NCBI GenBank assembly: GCA_965112155.1
Contig: OZ218114.1
Strand: one strand, 5' to 3'
Length of the DNA: 64,000 nucleotides
DNA from: Podarcis liolepis
Lineage: Eukaryota
The position numbers were made by a program, and so were the translations under genes. This document shows positions 1 to 12,118 of the stretch, in pieces. How positions within the stretch are numbered: the first letter of the stretch is position 1; every line of letters begins with the position of its first letter. Below the pieces are notes generated by a model. The model had not been told where the DNA came from. It made no database searches and was given only the letters and a program-made list of their open reading frames with translations.

Positions 1-40
1 CTATTTGCCGATTTCACAAGACATAATTTTTATCAACTAG
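1..40 (+). CDS. MSI2: MSI2 alternative last exon (short isoform), coding part; 5' end cut by window edge
   Basis: From base 2: TAT TTG CCG ATT TCA CAA GAC ATA ATT TTT ATC AAC TAG = (D)YLPISQDIIFIN*, matching the C-terminus I recall for the short human MSI2 isoform (DYLPVSQDIIFIN). It lies upstream of the GFPAAAYGP exon, as expected. Confidence 0.9.
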   Translation, partial: YLPISQDIIFIN

Positions 41-87
41 TTCTTAAAGATGCATAACAAATTAATCGGGGTTTACTGCAGTGCTAA

Positions 88-117
88 TGAGAGAGAGTGA
101 GAGAGAGTGAGAGAGAG
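88..117. repeat. (GA)n-type microsatellite
   Basis: gagagagagtgagagagagtgagagagaga. Confidence 0.9.
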
Positions 118-1722
118 AAAGCCTGGGTGGTCTGTACATTAATATCAGTATCCACTGGAAAAAAATAAGCTGCTCTTACTGACTCCTTTGGCTGACTGGA
201 CTCTATTTTTTTTAAAAAGAAAATCTCCATATCTTTTTCCTGTTTTTTGATTTTTCCTTCTTTTTGTTCCCCCACCCCCTGCTTTGTATGAGTTTGTTTT
301 TTTTAATACCCACATGGAATGTAACTCACATCAGGGTTGGCTGCGGGTGAAGGCATTACAATTTCTCACAAACTTTTAGGGACAATTCTCTTGTCTTCAC
401 TGAGATGTGCTGTTTGACCCACCTTAAAAAGTCCGGAAGGAGATTTCGGCTGGCATTTATGGCTATACATCACCTCTGAGACGCAACAGCAGCTATCCCT
501 TGTTGGCGTTCAGAATGGTGGTTGCTACAGCTATTGGACAAATGAGGAGGATGAATCTGATTAAAATTAATCTGGTTGGTGGAGGTCACTTTTGGTTTGG
601 GATGGATCTTTCAGTAGCCACTATGCTGTGGCCTGCTCCACACCACCACAAAAACCATAAACGCTGGTTCAAATAACTGACCAAGAGCTCTGCTTAGAGA
701 ACTCAGTTGTGCTCCCTCTTAAATGTGAAGCTGCCTTGCCAATCAACTCATGGACCTTGGTGTTCATCGTACGACTGACACTGATTTGCTGCCAAAAGCA
801 GAATCCCTGATGCCAGGTCATGGTGTGGTATCATCATGACACGTTTCCTGGTTAGCAACAGCCCAGCCCTTCCCAGGCTTAATTGAGTGAACTGCTGGCA
901 GCCAATTTGGCAGACTAATCTCAGTTGTTGTGATGAGGCCTGGTTGGTCCTTGAGGTGGGTGGTCCATCTGTGCAAGGGGCTTACCACCTTCAGACATTA
1001 GGTCAGGGCTGCCGTGATAGAATCCTTTGCACAGGGGCATTCCCTGCTCATAGAAACCTGGATGTCTGAGTTCCAACCTAGCCTTCCTCCTGACATGCTA
1101 GCTCTCTGTGTCCAGAGACTGAAGGAGCATTCTGTTTTGTGAGCCGCTGCCTGCAGCTCAGACAGCTGGGCCTCACTGTCACTGCTCTGTGGCTTTGAGA
1201 CTTCCATGGGAATTGGCTTTCCAGCTGTATGACAAGTCTGGGCACCCTCCTATATTGATAATGCAACAAAGAAAACAGGCCCTTCTACTTATTTCCTAAG
1301 TTTGTGAGAAATTGGCTGCATGCTTACAGTAGGACTGTGATGCATTTTTAAATATATGTTTAATTCACTTGTTTAAAATGTCAAAGTCACTGCAATCGGA
1401 GTTGTGCTGTTCATTTAATAATGGTGCTTGATGTAATAACTGTTTAGTTTTTCTCTTTTTTACCTTTTTTGCAAGCTATGGCTTTTGAAACCTGTATGGC
1501 TTTTTTAATTATTATTTTGCGGGGGAGGTTTTTTTTTGCTATTATTTGCTTTGCATTTGTGATCTTGTCCTAGAATGCATGATTTTGCAGACATTTAACT
1601 GTTGTATGATTTTTTTTTTTCTTAATTCCTTTGGTTTCTTTTGTAAGTAGTTCATCTGTGCTTTTCTTTGCTTTTCTTTTTTGGTAAAAAAAAATCCTTG
1701 TAGAAAAGGTAGAAAAAGTGAT

Positions 1723-1728
1723 AATAAA
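1723..1728 (+). terminator. Polyadenylation signal AATAAA of the short isoform
   Basis: AATAAA followed ~20 nt later by CTGTGTTTTTGCTCT (GU/U-rich element); U-rich sequence upstream. Confidence 0.6.
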
Positions 1729-3103
1729 TTGTTACAATAGACAAGCTGTGTTTTTGCTCTCTTAGCTTGCACTTTCAATTCGGTTGCACCAAATAACCAG
1801 TACCAATAACAATGTAATGAAATAATACATAAGTTAGTAAAAAGCATGGCACCTCTTTTCAACATGCTTCAAAGTTTTGCTGCAGATTAAATGTTGCATT
1901 TTAGTTCAATATATTTAAATGAAAGTATAAAAGCAATGGGAATATGTAGATTACTGGTGGGTTGTATCTTTTTTGTTATGACAGCACAAAGAATGGGCCA
2001 TGCTGACCTCTGAGCATCCTTGCTGTCCATGTTATACAAAAATAGGCTTCATGGGCACAGGAATATTTTAGAGCAGCAGCAGCTAACTTTTTCAGACTGA
2101 AAATGGGCCACGTTGACTCATAGTAAACCCATACTGAGAGTCACACATCAAAGTGGGGGTGGTCAAAAGTTTTTGTGTCGTTTTGTTATTAAGGTCAGTT
2201 GGTTGGGGGGCAGTGCCACAAAACCTTTTGGCATCACAGCAGGGGACTGGAAGTATAGTTTTTATTTTATTTTTAAAAGATAATGGTAACATTTCAATGA
2301 ACAAATTGGTGGTCTGGGTCCTTGGAGAGCCATAATGAAGGTTTTGCATCACAGAATCACAGCAGGGGATGGAGCAGTTAGTGAAAAAGGACTATCTGGG
2401 GAAAGGAGGTCTAAGGGGCACCAAAGAACCTCTTTTGGGCTGGATACGTCCTGCAGTCCATGGGTTAACCATCCCTGTTTTAGAGACTGGGATGACGAAA
2501 AACCCACTGAATTAATAAATAAAGAAATACGCAGAAGGAAGCTCAGATCAATCGTGGACAAGCTCTTGGTTTCCAGGTCTATTCTGGAAGGTATTTGAAA
2601 AGTCTTTTTCGATGAGTTGTTGGGGTTGTTTGTTTTTTAACACATGGGAGTGAGTAGCACTCTACTGTAAAATAAATGCAATTTGTCCATCCACTGCAGT
2701 TTGCCACCTGTCTCTCTAAAAAAGAATGACACGCAAATCACATTAACGCAAATCACATGCAAGAATAAGAGTACAACATTGCTGAGGCCTTCCTTCACTT
2801 CATGCCTAATTTTGCAGGGTTCTGACCATAAAATTATTTAGGTGCTAATTTTTCTCAGCTCATGAAATCTGCCCTGGTTTGGCCAAGCTAGACCTGTCTG
2901 CAGTGTTGGGGTGTCCATGCATGAATGTGCACGCACATAAAATGAGTAAATGAAGAGGGTGATCAAATGGAGTTTTTACATCCTGACCTAGCTGTGTTCA
3001 ACCCTGGGTAGGACCCCAAAAACTTATTTAGTTCTGAAAGTTGCAGGTTTCATCAAAATTTGTGAAATGTGTCAGACTGCAGTTCCAATAAGACTTTCAT
3101 CTA

Positions 3104-3148
<45 letters not shown>
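3104..3148. repeat. (TTAC)n tetranucleotide microsatellite
   Basis: About 11 perfect TTAC units. Confidence 0.95.
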
Positions 3149-4349
3149 GAATCATTATGGTCCACGACAGAGAACATTCTTGGTTGTATTGGTGTACAGC
3201 TCAAACCCCACAATTGAATGACACCCCACCTTAGCTGGGTCACATCAGTGGCACCACTGTTATTTTATTCCGCAAATAAAAAATTGAAAAGGGAATTTTA
3301 AGTCTATACCAGGGTGGTGGAAAGTATTTTTAACTCAACCACAGTTAGTTTGACTTGTTTTAGAAACATGGCTTTAATCTGAGCTTAAAGGCACTTTGCA
3401 AAAATGGAAAGGTTCAACTGGATTTGTGCATACAGTTTACCACTGCTTTCAGTTTGTGTCACGTTCCCCCACCATGCAGACAGGTATGACAGGTAAAATG
3501 TGTGTATTTTCACTAACATGATCCCTGGATTCCATGCAAGCAAAATGAAATGGCAGCACAAACAGACTGAAAGACGCATCCATCGCACAGATGAAGAATA
3601 ATTAAAATTCACAAGACAAAAACCACCTTGAACACGCATTTCTTTTAAAGGTCATAGCTTGGGCAAAACAGTGACCTTGCTTCTGTTTTTGTGTTGAACT
3701 TTGGGAGAGCAGGAGCCTTTCCAGATAATGAAAAAAGTAATACATTTTAGTGCTTTAATAACATTGGTGATGACTGTGGCCCAAATTTCCATCCCCTTGG
3801 AATGCTTTTTGGGGTGTGGGGGAGGAGGAGTAGATACTCTTGTTTTTGTTTTAAAGGGCCACACCTGAGCTCCAGCACTTGATCATGGAAGAGTTTGGCC
3901 TTTACATTTTGCTTTAAAAAAAGATCATGGGTGGAATTTAAAAAATCGTAAGTTAACAAAGTAACAAGGAAAACAATTCAACTTGTCATTGATAATTGTA
4001 TTAACATCAGTCTTCAGATGCATCCTTAGTCCTTTTCCCCCTAAGCTAAAGTCCTCAAATGATTTAGCCCAATCTTCCCCAACCTAGCACTCTCCAGATG
4101 CTACAAGCCTACAAGAGACCCATCATGGCTGAACATGATAGGGGCTGATGGAAATTGTAGTCCAAGAACATCTGAATTGCACCCACTTGATTGTTTTGGT
4201 TGGCCTTTGCCAGCTGTGGTATATCCCTTTTGAGATGGGGCGACCAGGACTACATGCAGCATTTATTTTTACTTGGAATGGTAGATAAAATGTTATTGCA
4301 TAGGTATCTGCTGGACAGTGTTTCTGACCTTTCTGGTATAAACATCACA

Positions 4350-4520
4350 TTCTCCTTGTCTTAGAATACTAGAACAGGAGGTCATCAAATGGAACTAACT
4401 GGCAGTAGGGTCAGGACAGACACAAGGGAGACTTTCTTCACACAGGGCATCATTCCCTTAGGGAATTCACTAATGCAAGACAGGACATCACCCACTAGCT
4501 TAGATAGTTTTAAAAGAGAA
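4350..4520 (+). mobile_element. Old CR1 LINE 3' fragment
   Basis: ggtcatcaaatggaactaactggcagtagggtcaggacagacacaagggagactttcttcacacag resembles the CR1 ORF2 C-terminus (TRGH..KL..FRTD.RK.FFTQ). Confidence 0.6.
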
Positions 4521-5454
4521 ATTTGACCACTATTTGAATTATTAGTCTACATGTGTCTACTCAGATTCAGAGCTTCATGGCTCCTTCATGTTTAATGGCA
4601 CAAAAAGGGAAATGTTTAGTGGCACGGACAGCTATTTCCTTATTGGCATGTTAGTGGGCTTCCCAGAAGCATCTGGGTTTGGTGATCTGATCCAGCAGGG
4701 CTCTTCGTTTGCTTTTAAATCTCCCAGCTATACGTTTTCCCAGGGACAAGATTCTGCATCTGGACCATTGGGGTGATGTGCTTTCCACATAGTGGAAGCA
4801 CTCCCTTAGGAAAAGATGTCTGAGTCCTACACACCCGGGACAAAGGTCTCCTGCACAAGCATCACTGAAATTTGTGGCAGTAGCACAAAGAGCACGACCA
4901 TCTATGTTGATTTCAGTTGGGCTGGCTTGCAAAGGGCAACTTCCCTGGGGATTCTGACCTTATTGTGATCTGCAGCCTTTCCTCTGGCTAGCAAACAATG
5001 GCAGTCTGCTTTGGTTTGCAGCACTTGATCTGTTCCTTCCCCCTTCCCCCCAGCTCATGCTTAGCTCTTCAAATTGTGACCTAATCCTTCCAGCTCTGTA
5101 CCCACTTTGTTTACCCAAAAGGTGCCGGCAACATCTGCATGGCATAAAACATCCCCCCCTTCCAAAGTGCATATTAAATCAGCCAGAGTGAGTTTAATTA
5201 TCATTCGCCAAGCCCTTCCATTTTAATTTTCATCAGTGTGAAATGATATGGCACAGCCTGGATGCCCTCCATAAACATGCGCGCGCGCACACACACACAC
5301 ACACACTTCTACCCGCCTCCTGTTCTTTAATCAGTTCAAAAACTTTTGTTTCTCTTTGGCACAAATTTGTGAAAACAGAACATGGTGGGCATTCAAGAAG
5401 TTGTTTGCAAACCATGATGGCAGGAGGAGGGAGGGACCAGCTGCTGCCATTTCT

Positions 5455-6600
5455 CTTTATTTATTTAAATTTGTAAGTCTTCCCTTCATTGTACCAGGAC
5501 AGGTTACAGCAGAACATCAAACATCAAACAATATAAACTTAAAATAGCCACTCAAGCCATCCTTAGTACAGCATACAATACTAGTGTAGCAGGTGAGCAT
5601 ACAAATAGCAGCTGGCCACATTGCCTAACCTCCTCCAAAAGCCTGGATAAAAAAAAAAAAGATTCCTCTTTAACAGGCACTGAAACTCAAGTAGGTTCAA
5701 TACCAGAATCCTCTCTAAATGGTCTTTCTTGTGCCAACATGCCATGCACTTTCCCTTATGGTGGAACTACGAGAAGAACCTCTCAATCTGCTCTCAGTAC
5801 ATGAGCAGGTTGACAGAAAGGTGATCCTTCAGGAATTTGGGTTTTAAGGTAAAAGGCTTTATTATATGGCAAGGTTAACATGTTGAATTAGTTTAGAGAA
5901 GAAAAGACTGAGAGGGGATATGATAGCCTTCTTCGGATCTCTTAAGGGTTGTCATGTGGACAATGGAGCAAGCTACTCCAGAGGGTAGGACCTGATGCAA
6001 TGGATTCAAATTACAACAAAGGAGATTCTGGCTAAACACTAGGAAGAACTTTCTGATGTTAAGACCTGTTCAGCAGTAGAATGGACTACCTATGAAGGAC
6101 TCTGCTTCCTTGAAGGTTTTTAAGCAGAGATTGGATGGCTACCTGTCAGGAATTCTTTAGCTGTGATTGCAGGGGTTTGGACGACCCTTGGGGTTCCTTC
6201 CAAGTCTCTGAATTAGGATCAGAAGCATATAGACAACTAGTACAGGTTCTTTAGGACTTACATTCTATGGTTCTGCCTATTGGTAGTAGTCAGCAGTCTT
6301 ACAGCTGCATTCTGGACTAGTTGGCAGCTTCTGGACAATCTTCAAGGGTAGCCTTACATAGAGCACATCACAGTCCTCCAGTCAGGAGGCTATTAAGAGT
6401 GAGGATTACTATCTAGGAACAGCCAAAGCTAATAGTAGGCACTCCTTGCACAAAGGTCACTCAGGCTTCCAGTTAAAAGAGTTGGCTCCAGGAGCACCTC
6501 TAGACTACAAATCTGTTCTTTCAAGTTAGGTGCGACTCTATCCAGAACATGCCATCTATTTAATTCCTGGACCAGAGAACTACCAATCCACATCGCTCTG
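5455..6600 (-). mobile_element. Degenerate L2 LINE 3' portion, interrupted by a CR1 fragment
   Basis: tttatttattt tail at ~5457; cagctgcattctggactagttg (~6302) reads QLVQNAA on the minus strand, a typical L2 ORF2 motif. Confidence 0.6.
5880..6210 (+). mobile_element. CR1 LINE 3' fragment
   Basis: gtttagagaagaaaagactgagaggggatatgatagcc ([12 protein letters not shown]), aatggattcaaattacaa, aggaagaactttctg, then a CR1-type 3'UTR (gggttccttccaag). Confidence 0.8.
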
Positions 6601-6654
6601 TTATGCAGGATAGATTAGGCTGGTCTTCATCTTCCTGTCTCCATGCAGTGTGGG

Positions 6655-6780
6655 CATCATAGGAATTCAGGAAGCTGTCTTCTAGCAAGTCAGATCATTG
6701 GTCCATCCAGCTCAGTATTACCTACACTGACCGGCAGCAGCTCTTCTGGGTTTCAGACAGAAGATCTTCCCCAGCCGTTT
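6655..6780 (-). mobile_element. tRNA-derived squamate SINE fragment (Squam3-like)
   Basis: aggaagctgtctt..gtcagatcattggtccatccagctcagtatt..ctacactgaccggcagcagctc; same family as 62589-62777. Confidence 0.6.
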
Positions 6781-9242
6781 TTCAGTCCATAGGCAGCATC
6801 CTCCACAAGCGTAGCAGTGGGGAAAGTCTGTCTCTCCTGAGCCTTGTAACGATAAGGCTTCCCCACTCAGCTGGTCATTCATGAATAAAAATTAAAACAC
6901 TTAAAAATACACACATTTGAATATTTCCCTCTCCCTCTTTCACCCTGCCGTGACAAGGGGAGGATTTTATGTTGTCACATGACTGGCTTCAGGCTGTCCT
7001 GAAATGCCCTGGATTAGCCCGGTCACATTTGCTGGTATTTTGACTTAGAGTATTGTATACCAGGTTGAACAGATGTTTAACCAGTTACTTCCAAGGCGTG
7101 ACAGCAACATTATTAAATGCTGAGCTATTGAAATGGTTGGGAAGAAGTTTGGTTGCCCTACTAAAATCTCACGGGTAGTCACTGGGACTCACTGGGAAGA
7201 GGGGGAGGTTGGGACCTCCCACCAACTCAGGGATGTTCCAGGTCCCCTTGTGGAGTTTTTAGCTTTAAGTTTAAAAGCAAAAAACCCCAAAAAACTTCCA
7301 GGACTTGATCCCCTCCCTTAGCATCTTCAGTGCTGATTGCTCCCTTAAGGCCACTGTAATTGTCTCTGCTGCGCCCATTGTGCAGCTGGGCTCATCAGGA
7401 ACAGTGCTGAGGTACCAGTGACAGATCCAACAGCAGACAGTAAGGGTGTCTCTCACACACCAGTCTGGTGGACAGATGGGAGCACAGCTGACATGCATGA
7501 GCCCAATGAAGGGCAGGTACACGAAGCAGACTTAAATGGCCCTAAGCTTGGGGGGGGAACGGACCTATGGGTGGAAGAGGAAAGGTTGGGCTGAGAAACA
7601 CAAGACTCACCACTAGGTTCTTTCCCAAGGGAGGAGCCCCTCACTCCCACTAACCCAGCCACCAGGGGTCCTTGACTTTAAGCCTTGTGGTGCCAAGGCT
7701 GAGGAGAGACTGCAGCTACCCAAAAGCCTCATAGTGTGAGTACCCCCTCAGGAGCTCCAGCTTCCAGGTAAAGATTCCTAAGGAGTTAACAGCCACCATC
7801 TTTCTGCAGAGACAGACATTCAGACGGTCTCACAGTCACCACAAGGGGGAACAAAAACCCACCAATAGGGCAGCCTGCCTGGACCCTGAGGAGCCACCCT
7901 GCGGTTCCGTCACGTGGAAGGTTGCTGAACCAAGCCACAAAGTGGGAGGGATTTGGTGCGAAGACAGGGAAGCGGGAGCTGCGGGTGCCATGGACTTTTT
8001 AGGCAGGGGCAGCTATGTTGGTGTTTTGGTGAAGCTGCCAGTTTAATTTTTCTGTGCCCTTGAAGACTGGGGTGGGAAGGGACATTACAGATATTCAGGT
8101 AAATGGAAATGCAGCTGGTGGGGCTAAAGGGGCAGGATTCAGCGTCATCCACTGAGTGGGCGTTCCATCTAGTCAGGATTTGGTTAAAGAGTGCTTTACT
8201 TGTAGCAGTAGAGAAACTAATGGGTGATTTCAAATGAGATTTGCACAACCCTGAGCAATTTTGAAAATCCTCCTCCTTATTGGTTCTGATTAGTTTTCTG
8301 TGCTGTTCTTCAACTACCCATGTAAGTGCTTGTTAAGTTTTCCCTAAATGCCCAGGATTGGTGGTAATAAGAGGTTTTACAAGCATTTTCTGCTTAAGCC
8401 TTTTATAGCTGCCTGGCAGCTTGATAGGAAATTTCCCGTAGCTGTAAATGCAACATCATTAAAAGCTCATAATATAAAGGGTTATCATGAAATAAAAGGT
8501 GGTAGTAAATCTCTGCACTAAATCAAACTGTTGTGTGGCAGGCTTTGATCTTAGACGCCTGGCTGTTCTGGGCCCTAAATCAGCCTAGTTAGCATCAAGC
8601 ATTTGTTGCTGGTTGTGTGTCATAGGCTGGCTCTTACAGTTCTCTTTGGCCAGAGCTGTATGTCTGTGACCACAAAATGTGAAACATGAATTCATTGTGG
8701 CCGGTTTCCCCACTTGCCCCACTTCTCATTGACAGTCTCGGTGATTGGGAAGAGAGATGAGGAGATGTGGGCCTTCGCTCCTTTGCAGCAGCTGCACATC
8801 ATTTCTCTATCCACTCAGGGTCTGATCCTGAGGGTCTTCTACTGATCTGCAAATCAAATCAGGAAATGTCCTACAAACGACATCTAGAAATTTGCAATGT
8901 CTCCAGATTTTGTATTACCTGGCTTGGAACTTCAGTATTAGGAGGCCAGCAATCTGAGTCCTGAAAGTTCATCTTCAGTTTGGTTAAAAATCTGCACCAG
9001 GGAAGAATTTCAAGTTCTTCTTTCCTAACCCATTCACTCACTTTTCTTCCTCGATGCTCCAGGTGTGATGGAATGAAGGGAGGGAGTTCCTTCTAGCAAG
9101 TGGGATGTTGCCAATGGCTGCATGCCAGGCACTGGGAAATCTTGTCCCTTTCCCCATAAGCCCTTGCTGCCTCCTTCGTACCCCCTTTCATAATGTTGCC
9201 CAGACAAGGAAGGGCTGCAGCTATCATCCCAAGAGTGTAGAG

Positions 9243-9378
9243 CAGGCTTCCTCAAACTCGCCCCTCCAGGTGTTTTTGGCCTACAACTCCCATGATCTCT
9301 AGCTAGCAGGACCAGTCGTCAGGGATGATGGGAGTTGTAGTCTCAAAACATCTGGAGGGCTGAGTTTGAGGAAGCCTG
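9243..9378. mobile_element. hAT-type MITE, nearly palindromic
   Basis: TIR CAGGCTTCCTCAAACTC / GAGTTTGAGGAAGCCTG; perfect 8-bp TSD GTGTAGAG at 9235-9242 and 9379-9386. Confidence 0.92.
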
Positions 9379-11371
9379 GTGTAGAGGCTATTAGGTGTGT
9401 GGCTCCTTTGAATCTGAAGCAGGGTCAGAATTTTAAAGGGATGCATTTATATACATTTTTGGACTTTATTTCTAAATTTATGTTTTTTAATCTGGCCCAT
9501 TCCAAATGGGGCCAGGAACAGTCCACCCCTCATTTCTTCTCACAGTTCCTTTGGAGGGACCCACAGGTGCAGCTGCTGGGAGACTTTCCATGAACTATGA
9601 TTCACAGAAGCCAAGCAGCACAAATGGAGCACAGGGGCATGGCGAGTGGAAAGAGGGTTGTCCCACTGGAGGACTGGGGTCAAATGAATCACATGGCCAG
9701 CCTGTTTTGCTTCCAAGGCATCTCAGTGACTCTGAGTGTTTGCTGTTGCCTGGTGTGTATGTATAGAGCAATTTCCAAGAGCATTGCAAGTTGGGCAAAA
9801 TCTATCAACAAAGTGCCAGTGACCCTTTGCTAAGTGGCAACCTGTTATGGGGAACCATAAAAAGCTGGTCAGGGAAATGGTCCAAAATGTGTGGTGGTGG
9901 TGTTTTAGGCTGCAAATATCTGATATAGGCAACTGCGAGCCAGTGGGCTAGTAATGTTAATGGCAGCAGCAGATAACTTTTCTATCCAGCTGTTCACCAC
10001 AAAACAATGTTAAATAATATTTAGGCTACCTGTACTATTTATGCTCTGGCAGTTGTGCATTGATTTCCCCACCCGTTAGGAATTTTCACCTTTTTGGCTA
10101 CAGTTCTTCATAGTCTGAACCTCCACATGCTTCCCAATTGTTTTCTCCCTCAAACCTGGAAAACCTGGGCAACTACTTTTCAGTCCCCATGGGCCATCTA
10201 CCAGTGAGAGGGTGAGAGGGTAAGAGAAAAGGATGTGGAGGCTGGGAAGAAAACCCCCCAACCCAACCAGACCCCAGGGGATTCTTGCTTGCACACTCCC
10301 TTCTTTTGAGGCCTCTGTTCTTGTCAGCCCCTGTGCCTGGAATACCGGAGTAGGCTCTCTAATGATGACCTCATTATGCGTGCCACTACTGAGCCCAAAA
10401 CGCACTAATTTCCTGACCCGGTGAAATATATTTTAATAAGCTTGATCTAGAGCAGCGTTTAAAGACAAAGGGAAACACTTAACGTGGCTGTCAAAATAAA
10501 GCACTCTTGGGCAGATGTTAAAAATGTTAATAGGATTACTCCATCAGAAGCACCCAGGAGAGCCTGCCCTGTTTGTATACCTCTATTTGGCATTTTAAAG
10601 CACAGGGTTAAACTATTTCTTTGGAGAGAGAAAGAGAGGGGGAAATGGATTAAATTTTGAGGTCGTGCAATTTTTCTTAAATTAGTTTATAGCTTGCTGT
10701 GCTGCCCAGTAATGCCTATATTTGATTCTATGGATTTTTAGTGCTTACCGTGGGATCTTCAATCAAACCCAGTTACCCAGGCAAGTTCATTACACTTAAA
10801 AGTTTTTAAACCACCTCTTCCTCCCCCCCTCCCCCCGAACTTTTTAGTAGAATTCTGTCTCTCTTGATGCAACGATGGTGGACATCTCTGTTGTGCTTTT
10901 AATCATCTCTGTAAAACATTCCTGGCTTTGTGTACTTCTGTTTCAATGGGAAATGGAACAAATACTCACCAGGGCACTAGGAAGATTTGCGTTGACAGCA
11001 TCCTTTTTTGGGTTGTGACCAAAGTGAGACTTGCCACGGGGTGCATCTGTGACATACAGCCGCAGAACGCAACAAGAAGTTCCATCGTGTCACTCATGGT
11101 ATTTAACATTTCATGAAATGGCTGGATGAGATCATCCAGACGTGCAGTGTCTGGAGTGCGGCGTCATCTGTAGATCAGTCATACCCAATTCTAACTCTCC
11201 CTTTCATCTGACCCTGGGAAGACACTGTGAATTCTAAATAGGGGCCTTAAGTCAGCCATGAATTAGATGAGTGTGAGCAAAATTTGAAAAGACACATGTA
11301 TTGTTAGCTGGGAATCTGGCCGATGCTGGAGATATGTACCTTTATTGGAAAGTCTTGTACTTCCCCTAAAG

Positions 11372-11576
11372 CAGAGCTTCCAAACTTTTCATGTCAGTGA
11401 CATGCTTTTTTAGATATGCATCATTTTGCAACATAGTAATTCCGTTTTACTAGCAAACTGGAGGTTAGCCTAACCTCTTTCCAGCCCTGGGAGGAGCATG
11501 GGGAGCGTTCGCACAACAGGCCTATACAAAGCAACCGGCACACTAATGTGTCACGACACACAGTTTGGAAAGCTTG
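11372..11576. mobile_element. hAT-type non-autonomous element
   Basis: Ends CAGAGCTTCCAAAC / GTTTGGAAAGCTTG; perfect 8-bp TSD CCCTAAAG at 11364-11371 and 11577-11584. Confidence 0.88.
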
Positions 11577-11634
11577 CCCTAAAGACTGGTTTCCAGCTTA
11601 TCTGTGATTTGGGTTTGGCAATGCTCTTTGATGA

Positions 11635-11825
11635 AGGAGCATAAGCTCACAGGTAGGAATATCTGCTTTGTGTGCAAAAAGGTCCCAGGTTCAAAGCATG
11701 GCATCTCAAGGGAAGACTGGGAGAAACCCCACTCTCGTCCTAGAGAGCTGCTGCCAGTCAGTGTCAAAAATAGTGACTTGGTTGGACGCAATGGTCTGAC
11801 TCAGTGTCAGCCATGTTCTTATGCC
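11635..11825 (+). mobile_element. tRNA-derived squamate SINE (Squam3-like)
   Basis: Degenerate A/B boxes (agctcacaggtagg..ggtcccaggttcaaa) followed by gagagctgctgccagtcagtgt..ggtctgactcagt. Confidence 0.65.
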
Positions 11826-11869
11826 AGATGCCCCAGTAGTGACTTTGACCAATATTGAACTCTTTCCCA

Positions 11870-12118
11870 GAGAGGATTGACCTAGAGCCATGGTAATTCA
11901 TGCTTTGGTGACATCCAGATTGGATTTGCAGCATTCTCAGTGTGGGGCTGCTCTTGAAGACTTATCAAGTCTCCAAACTAGTTCAGTATTTAGCTCCCCA
12001 TGTTGACTGGGGAAGGCCCCCGGAGATTGCATTATGCCAGTTTTGAAACAAGTTCATTAACTACTAGTTGGCTTTTTGGCTCAGTGGAAGGTGCTGGGTT
12101 TGAACTTTAAAACCCTAA
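11870..12118 (+). mobile_element. Degenerate L2 LINE ORF2 fragment
   Basis: catgctttggtgacatccagattggat (HALVTSRLD) and caaactagttcag are L2 RT C-terminal motifs. Confidence 0.65.

Larger units (their letters stand above)
41..1745 (+). other. MSI2: 3'UTR of the short MSI2 isoform (3' end approximate)
   Basis: Follows the stop at 38-40. No recognisable transposon; strongly U/AU-rich block ~1320-1730 ending in AATAAA and a GU-rich downstream element. Confidence 0.6.

Noticed and set aside
7350-7915. GC-richer segments resembling solo LTRs (also ~48700-49190 and ~61030-61720)
   Set aside because: No clear TG..CA ends with a TSD and no internal retroviral coding sequence that I could confirm.
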